Of a DNA stretch of 64,000 nt, positions 58,554 through 64,000 are shown in pieces. Source of the stretch: Nitrospirae bacterium JdFR-81 (lineage in GTDB: Bacteria; Nitrospirota; Thermodesulfovibrionia; UBA6902); the NCBI GenBank assembly GCA_002011735.1, contig MTOQ01000011.1, positions 2,761 to 66,760 of the forward strand, given 5' to 3'. The first letter of the stretch is position 1. The number at the start of each line of letters is the position of its first letter. The notes beneath the pieces are model-generated. The model did no database searches and was not told the DNA's origin. It saw only the letters and a program-made list of their open reading frames with translations. The position numbers were made by a program, and so were the translations under genes.

Positions 58554-60334
58554 CTACTGACAAGGAGTATATGGTTCTCATTCCTCTCCATGGGTACCTC
58601 AAGGTATGTAAGTGTATGCTCAACGATCCTCCTGAATACAGGTGCAGCAACGACCCCACCATACCTTGCACCCTTAGGCTCATATATAACCACTATAAGG
58701 GCTATCACAGGATCGTCTGCCGGGACAAAACCCACAAACGAGCTTGCATATCTATCCCTTGAGTAACGGCCTGTCTCAGGGTCCACCATCTGTGCGGTGC
58801 CGGTCTTGCCTGCCACAAGGTTCCCCTTGATATAGGCCCTCCTGCCTGTGCCACCTTCCTCCACCACGGTCTTTAATATATCCCTTACGGTCTCCGCAGT
58901 CTCAGGAGAGATCACCCTCCTGATGACCTGTGGGGTGAACCTCTTTATAACCTCTCCCTGAGGGGAGATTATCTCGGATACTACATATGGCCTCATCAGG
59001 AGCCCACCATTCGCTATGGCACAATAGGCCGTGAGTATCTGCAGTGGCGTCACCCCTATCTCCTGCCCTATGGAGAGGGCCGCAATGGATGTGCCTGACC
59101 ACCTCTCGGGCCTCCTCAATATCCCCCTCACCTCACCTGGCAGATCGATACCTGTCCTATCACCAAAGCCAAACCTCTTCATATATTCGTAATACCTCTC
59201 CTTACCAAGCCTGAGGCCTATCTGGACAGCCCCTACATTCGATGACTTCTGGATTACCTCCCTGAATGTGAGTGTCTCATGCCTGTGGACATCCCTGATC
59301 GCCTTGCCACCAACCACTATGTATCCCCTTGAGACATCAAACTCCTCGTCAACATCAACGAGGCCCTCCTCAAGTGCTGCTGACGCAAGGATGCTCTTGA
59401 AGGTCGAGCCAGGTTCATATATGTCTGTGATCGCCCTGTTCCTCCTGTAATCTGCAGGATACCTTGATGGATGGTTTGGATCATAAAACGGGGTGTTTGC
59501 CATCGCGAGTATCTCCCCCGAGACAGGGTTCATCATTATGGCGGTCGCTGCCTTTGCCCTCCACTTCTCCACAGCCCTCTCGATCTCCCTCTCAACGATA
59601 TACTGGATGGTCTCGTCAATGGTGAGGATTATGTTGTTTCCGGCTATCGCCTCCTCAAACCCGCTGGAGAGGCTCCTGCCACGGGCATCCCTGCTGTTGA
59701 GGATCTTCCTGACCTTCCCCCTTAGATACTCGTCATACTGGAGTTCAATCCCCTCCAGGCCCCTGTCATCGATATCCGTAAAGCCAAGGATATGGGATGC
59801 GGTATGGCCCTTTGGATAGAAGCGCCTCGTCTCTGTTATAAGGCCTATGGAGTCAATACCATATATCTTCTTGAACTTGACCAGCTTATGAGAGGTCTGC
59901 TGGTCGATCTTCCTCTTCAGCCATATGAAGTCCCTCTCCTTCTTCTTCAAGAGCCTGTCCCTGATGGCATCTGCCGATATCTCTATGATCGGCGAGAGCC
60001 TCTGTGAGAGGTAATCGACATCCTCGATCTTCGAGGGCACGGCATACAGGGAGTCCACCTCAAGATTGACCGCCATCTCCCTCATCCTCCTGTCCCATAT
60101 AAAACCCCTCTGCGGGTGCAGTGTCCTGACAGTGAGATATTGTGTGTAGGCCCTCCTTGCAAGGTTCCTGTGATCGAGGATCATGAGGTCAGCAAGCCTC
60201 AGGACGATTATGAGGAAGCCAAAATACAGGATGGTGGATATGATTACAGCCCTCTTCCTGCTCTTCTTAAGCTGTATCTTCGTGAGGTCCTCATCCCAGA
60301 GCTTCCTTATCCTCTCTCTCCCCCTGCCTCTCAT
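58550..60334 (-). CDS. ftsI: Penicillin-binding protein 2/3-type transpeptidase FtsI
   Basis: N-terminal TM (IISTILYFGFLIIVLRLADLMIL). Active site STFK (YEPGSTFKSI). SSN (SSNVG). KTGT (AGKTGTAQ). Confidence 0.9.
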   Translation of the reverse strand: MRGRGRERIRKLWDEDLTKIQLKKSRKRAVIISTILYFGFLIIVLRLADLMILDHRNLARRAYTQYLTVRTLHPQRGFIWDRRMREMAVNLEVDSLYAVPSKIEDVDYLSQRLSPIIEISADAIRDRLLKKKERDFIWLKRKIDQQTSHKLVKFKKIYGIDSIGLITETRRFYPKGHTASHILGFTDIDDRGLEGIELQYDEYLRGKVRKILNSRDARGRSLSSGFEEAIAGNNIILTIDETIQYIVEREIERAVEKWRAKAATAIMMNPVSGEILAMANTPFYDPNHPSRYPADYRRNRAITDIYEPGSTFKSILASAALEEGLVDVDEEFDVSRGYIVVGGKAIRDVHRHETLTFREVIQKSSNVGAVQIGLRLGKERYYEYMKRFGFGDRTGIDLPGEVRGILRRPERWSGTSIAALSIGQEIGVTPLQILTAYCAIANGGLLMRPYVVSEIISPQGEVIKRFTPQVIRRVISPETAETVRDILKTVVEEGGTGRRAYIKGNLVAGKTGTAQMVDPETGRYSRDRYASSFVGFVPADDPVIALIVVIYEPKGARYGGVVAAPVFRRIVEHTLTYLEVPMERNENHILLVSR

Positions 60335-60416
60335 AATATTTGCGATGCTAACCCGTGATATGTAACGGGCTCCTACACGGTATCTTCATCCCAGAATATT
60401 ATTATCCTCATAACCC

Positions 60417-60785
60417 CTATCTCCAGAGCAAATCCTCCCTGCGTGTGGATTCTGACAAAGGCATAGAGGCGACATAGGCCCCTGCCTGTCTTGTCCTCTT
60501 CACATAAAATATGTTCTCCCTGTCAGGCAGATCCATGCCCAGCCTCTTTGTGGCTATATCCTCAACCCTCTTTGCAGAATACAGGCTCGCCCTCTCCGCC
60601 AGTAAATACCTCTCCTCCTTTAAGAGGGCAAGCTTCTCTGCATTGAGTTCTGCCAGCTCATACTCCATATTGACGATCTTGGCCCTCAACCACACAAGGA
60701 CAAAGAGACCCACCACGAGATACAAGAGCAGGCCCAACTTCAGCAGAAGCCAGCTCTTCGACCTCTTTATCCTCCTTGCCGTCAT
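60417..60785 (-). CDS. ftsL: Cell division protein FtsL-like (septum formation initiator)
   Basis: 122 aa. Short basic N-terminus, one TM (LLLKLGLLLYLVVGLFVLVWL), then a coiled coil (EYELAELNAEKLALLKEERYLLAE). Conserved position between rsmH and ftsI. Confidence 0.6.
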   Translation of the reverse strand: MTARRIKRSKSWLLLKLGLLLYLVVGLFVLVWLRAKIVNMEYELAELNAEKLALLKEERYLLAERASLYSAKRVEDIATKRLGMDLPDRENIFYVKRTRQAGAYVASMPLSESTRREDLLWR

Positions 60786-61669
60786 ATCCTCTCAGCCACC
60801 CTAAGCCTTGCACTCCTTGAAGAGGGGTTTGCCCTCTTCTCCTCTGTGCCAGGCCTCAATGGTTTCTTGGTGATGATCCTGAACATCCCCTGCTGTGCAA
60901 GCCTCTTGAATGCGTTCTTCACGATCCTGTCCTCAAGTGAATGATACGAAAGCACACAGAACCTGCCACCACTCCTCAACAGCCCTGCACCCTCATCAAT
61001 GGCGGTTGAGAGCTCATCAAGTTCCCTGTTCACCTCTATCCTTAATGCCTGAAATGTCCTTGTTGCAGGGTGTATCCTGCCCCTGCGGCCCACCGCCTTC
61101 TGGATTATCTCGGCGAGCCTCCTGCAGGAGTCGATCCTGCCCTTCTGCCTCGCCCTCACAATAGCCCTTGCTATCCGCCTGCTGAACCTCTCCTCACCAT
61201 ATCTGTATATGATTGAAGCAAGAGCCTCCTCTGAATACCCGTTCACTATATCCGAGGCCGTAAGGGACTGTCTCCTGTCCATCCTCATATCCAGGGGTTC
61301 ATCCTTCAAAAAACTGAAACCCCTCCCCTCCTCCCTGAGCTGGAGTGTCGACAGCCCAAGGTCAAGGAGTATGCCATCAACCTCATCATATCCGATCGAC
61401 CTGACGAGATCCTTTATATTCGAGAATCTGTCCCTGATGAGATGGACAGTGTATCCACACAGCCTCTCCCTTGCCACCTCTATCGCCCTCTCGTCCCTGT
61501 CAATCCCTATCAAGACACACCCCTCTGCACCCTTTAATATCCCCTCTGCATGGCCACCCGTCCCAACCGTTGCATCAACATAGACACCTCTCTCCCTCAC
61601 CTTCAGGGCCTTGACAACCTCCTTTAACATAACAGGGATATGGACTATCCCTGAATCCTTACAATCCAA
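60782..61669 (-). CDS. rsmH: 16S rRNA (cytosine1402-N4)-methyltransferase RsmH (MraW)
   Basis: HIPVMLKEVVKALKVRERGVYVDATVGTGGHAEGIL...GIDRDERAI is the RsmH SAM-binding region. The true start is probably the internal Met giving MDCKDSG... or later. Confidence 0.9.
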   Translation of the reverse strand: MDCKDSGIVHIPVMLKEVVKALKVRERGVYVDATVGTGGHAEGILKGAEGCVLIGIDRDERAIEVARERLCGYTVHLIRDRFSNIKDLVRSIGYDEVDGILLDLGLSTLQLREEGRGFSFLKDEPLDMRMDRRQSLTASDIVNGYSEEALASIIYRYGEERFSRRIARAIVRARQKGRIDSCRRLAEIIQKAVGRRGRIHPATRTFQALRIEVNRELDELSTAIDEGAGLLRSGGRFCVLSYHSLEDRIVKNAFKRLAQQGMFRIITKKPLRPGTEEKRANPSSRSARLRVAERI

Positions 61670-62111
61670 GGTTAGAGAGTTGCTCCATATAGGATTTCCT
61701 GTCTATCTTCTTCGGATCAGCAACCTTCTCCAGCTCCTCCCTGTCCCATATGTCTATCCTGTTGCCCTGACCCAACAGGACGACCTCGCTGTTAAGGCCC
61801 CCATCTATCCTCAGGGCAGAGGGTATAAGCACCCTGCCCTGTTTATCTATCTCACACTCTATTGCCGAGCCGATCACCCTCCTCATGAAATACCTGACTG
61901 CATCGAGCGTCTGGGGCATGGCCTTCACCTTCTCCATCAATGCATTCCACTCATCCACAGGATAGGCGTTAAGACACCGATCGAACACATCATTTGTAAA
62001 GATCAGTTTTGAGGTATAATTGGAGGCGAGTATCTCACGGAATGGGGCAGGGATGATTACCCTGCCTTTTTGATCAAGGGTGTAATAGTATTTTCCAGAG
62101 AACCCAGGCAC
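61659..62111 (-). CDS. mraZ: Transcriptional regulator MraZ
   Basis: The start was reassigned to the GTG at 62111, giving (M)PGFSGKYYYTLDQKGRVIIPAPFREIL, which fits the MraZ N-terminal pattern MF.G.....D.KGR..IP. Two DXXXR-containing halves are present. GGAGGGG RBS lies upstream. The track start at 62132 would leave only ~6 nt of leader after the predicted -10. Confidence 0.8.
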   Translation of the reverse strand: MPGFSGKYYYTLDQKGRVIIPAPFREILASNYTSKLIFTNDVFDRCLNAYPVDEWNALMEKVKAMPQTLDAVRYFMRRVIGSAIECEIDKQGRVLIPSALRIDGGLNSEVVLLGQGNRIDIWDREELEKVADPKKIDRKSYMEQLSNLGL

Positions 62112-62173
62112 ATCCCCTCCACTTTCTCCCACTTATACCCACCAGTATAAGACCCTTTGGATACACTTGTCAA
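62107..62173 (-). promoter_or_regulatory. dcw cluster promoter (TTGACA-N17-TATACT, minus strand) with GTGGG-N5-GTGGA direct repeats downstream (MraZ-operator-like)
   Basis: Reverse complement of 62145-62173 gives TTGACAagtgtatccaaagggtcTTATACT. Downstream, the minus strand reads GTGGGagaaaGTGGAggggaTGTGC (62107-62132). Confidence 0.4.
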
Positions 62174-62346
62174 GGAAAAAATTGGATTTTTCTCCACATA
62201 CACAATATATTGTATGTTCATAATCTTATAAATACTATTTATAGGCCGCCCTCCAGGCCCGACAAACTCCCAGGGCCCATCAAATCCCACACCCTGACAC
62301 ACAGATGCCGGTTGAATCTTGTCTCTATATCTTGTATCCTGAAGAT

Positions 62347-63223
62347 AATGGTCGAGGTGGTCGAAAGGTTTCTGGATTATCTGAGCGTTGAAAAGGGGCT
62401 ATCCATGAACACCATTGAGGCATACAGGAGGGATATATATAAATTTATTGAACACCTGAGAAAGAGGGGCAGGGACATAACCAGGTTCAAAAGGGATGAC
62501 CTGATCTCATATATCAATGAATTAAGGGACAGAGGCATTCAGACATCAAGCATCGCGAGGAACATCTCAAGCCTCAGGGGCCTGTGTAGATTCCTCTTGC
62601 TTGATGGGATAATCGATGAAGACCCCATTGAAAACGTCTCCACCCCCAGGGGATGGAAGAGGGTCCCCAGGGTTATAGGGGTCGAGGAGGTATTGGAGCT
62701 ACTGGACAGGATACATGGTGAGAGATTCTCATTGAGGGACAGGGCACTCCTTGAGATAATCTATTCCTCGGGCCTGAGGGTGAGCGAGGTGATAGGCATA
62801 GAGATGACCGATATAAATTTTGATGCAGGCTTTATAACGGTGAGGGGAAAGGGGGCGAAGGAGAGGGTTGTGCCTGTCAGTGAGAGGACGCTCCAGACCG
62901 TGAAGAGGTATATAGAGGAGTTGAGGCCCAAGATACTGGGCAAGAGAAGCAGTCCTGTGCTCTTCCTTGCAAGGGGTGGCAAACCCATGACAAGACAGAG
63001 GGTCTGGCAGCTGATAAAGAGGTATTCAAAGGGCCTGTCCATCACCATATCGCCACATACATTGAGGCATTGCTTTGCCAGCCACCTCCTTGATGGTGGC
63101 GCAGACCTGAGGGCCCTGCAGAAGATGCTCGGACATGCTGACATATCGACTACCCAGATATACACCAAGGTGACACCGGAGAGGCTCAAGAAGATCCACA
63201 GGGAGTATCATCCAAGGGGTTGA
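62347..63223 (+). CDS. xerD: Site-specific tyrosine recombinase XerC/XerD family
   Basis: MVEVVERFLDYLSVEKGLSMNTIEAYRRDIYKFIEHL (core-binding domain). Catalytic region ...RHCFASHLLDGGADLRALQKMLGHADISTTQIYTKV (R..H..R/LGH..Y). Internal ATG chosen. The upstream part of the track ORF has no homology. Confidence 0.85.
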
Positions 63224-63332
63224 GATGGATAGCGACTGATGGTGCCTTAGCAGACCCTCTAATACCTGAAAAGCTTGAATCTTCTGCCCTTTTTCTTGTA
63301 TCATGCATCATGCATAACAGGGAGGAATGCAT

Positions 63333-64000
63333 ATGATCAGGAGGATCACAAAGGACGAACTGTATCACTGCTGTGACCCGTCCACACTACCCTTCAAGAC
63401 AACAAAGGAGCTGTCCATCCTCAAGGAGACCATAGGCCAGGAGAGGGCCTTAAGGGCACTCGACTTCGGCCTCGGCATAGAGAGCAAAGGGTTCAATATC
63501 TATATCCTTGGTGAGAGCGGGACAGGTAAGATGACCACCATCAAGACCATCCTTGAGAAGAAGGCAAAGGAAGAGCCTGTACCAAGCGACTGGTGCTATG
63601 TGTATAACTTCAAGAACCCTGATGAACCACAGGCCCTTGAACTGCCACCTGGCACAGGGGTTGTGTTCCAGAAGGATATGCAGGAGCTGATAAACACCCT
63701 CAGACAGGAGATACCAAAGATATTTGAGTCAAAGGAGTACGAGAGGCAGAGGACAAAGATCATCGAGGAGTTCCAGGAGAAGCAGAAGAGGCACTTTGCT
63801 GAACTTGAGAAGGAGGCACGGGAGAAGGACTTCGCCCTCAGAAAGACCGCCACAGGCCTTGTCATAGGGCCTGTCAAGAAGACAGGCGAGACACTGAGCG
63901 AGGAGGAGTATGAGAGATTAGAGCCAGAGGTGAAGAAGAGGATAGAGGAGATCGGCAAACAGCTCCAGGAGAGGCTTGACGATGTGATAAGGATCGCAAG
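63333..64000 (+). CDS. Lon-like (LonB-type / lon-related) AAA+ ATP-dependent protease, N-terminal part (continues past window end)
   Basis: ATG at 63333 with GGAGG 8 nt upstream. MIRRITKDELYHCCDPSTLPFKTTKELSILKETIGQERALRALDFGLGIESKGFNIYILGESGTGKMTTIKTILEKK... shows a Walker A GESGTGK. Resembles the archaeal-type Lon-related proteases. Confidence 0.6.
   Translation, partial: MIRRITKDELYHCCDPSTLPFKTTKELSILKETIGQERALRALDFGLGIESKGFNIYILGESGTGKMTTIKTILEKKAKEEPVPSDWCYVYNFKNPDEPQALELPPGTGVVFQKDMQELINTLRQEIPKIFESKEYERQRTKIIEEFQEKQKRHFAELEKEAREKDFALRKTATGLVIGPVKKTGETLSEEEYERLEPEVKKRIEEIGKQLQERLDDVIRIA

Noticed and set aside
62210-62346. 5' extension of the xerD ORF (MYVHNLINTIYRPPSRP...)
   Set aside because: It has no similarity to recombinase N-termini and overlaps the divergent mraZ promoter region. 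The internal ATG at 62347 gives the canonical XerC/D start.
62347-63223. Considered whether the tyrosine recombinase marks a prophage or integrative element
   Set aside because: It has XerC/D-type size and domain order. There are no flanking phage genes, att-like repeats or adjacent tRNA. Its neighbours are the dcw promoter and a protease gene. It is most simply the chromosomal dimer-resolution recombinase.
63290-63320. Tandem ATGCAT-C-ATGCAT in front of the Lon-like gene
   Set aside because: It is too short to interpret. It could simply be a low-complexity promoter sequence. Noted only as context for the Lon-like finding.
1-64000. Looked for CRISPR arrays, rRNA genes, IS/transposase genes, reverse transcriptases and large direct repeats
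   Set aside because: No spacer-repeat periodicity, no rRNA-like conserved blocks and no transposase or RT motifs were seen on either strand. The only tandem repetition found is intragenic (12921-13433).

Overview
This is a gene-dense 64 kb bacterial chromosomal segment (about 90% coding). Arginine codons AGG/AGA and isoleucine ATA are used heavily, which is reminiscent of Nitrospirota/Thermodesulfovibrio-like or other thermophile genomes; this taxonomic guess is low confidence. The window runs as follows, left to right: (1) a secreted S8 subtilisin whose C-terminus is a Gly5-Cys / transmembrane / Arg-Lys tail, immediately followed by a small CPBP-family intramembrane protease. (2) A TetR-regulated efflux operon on the minus strand (outer-membrane factor, membrane fusion protein, RND pump). 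(3) A minus-strand run pilM-pilN-pilO-pilP-pilQ that continues co-directionally into a Cys-rich lipoprotein, a 719-aa Ig-like-repeat lipoprotein and a 1403-aa giant secreted repeat protein. (4) trkH-trkA. (5) tRNA-Val(CAC) with a degenerate hicB-hicA toxin-antitoxin remnant beside it, a GYD protein and an LPS-core-like GT9-GT2-ugd trio. (6) A macromolecular-synthesis operon variant rpsU-yqeY-nif3-dnaG-rpoD, then panD, gatC, pcrA, glmS, glmU and argH. (7) A small island of decayed toxin-antitoxin genes (frameshifted HEPN plus MNT, and a truncated RelE/ParE-like toxin). (8) A complete dcw cluster mraZ-rsmH-ftsL-ftsI-murE-murF-mraY-murD-ftsW-murG-murC-murB-ddl-ftsQ-ftsA-ftsZ. (9) xerC/D and the start of a Lon-like AAA+ protease. 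I saw no rRNA, CRISPR array, transposase or IS element. The most interesting candidate is the subtilisin sorting tag paired with the CPBP protease. Next are the giant repeat protein with an apparently unnamed ~45-aa repeat, the adhesin module linked to the type IV pilus genes, and the toxin-antitoxin remnants.
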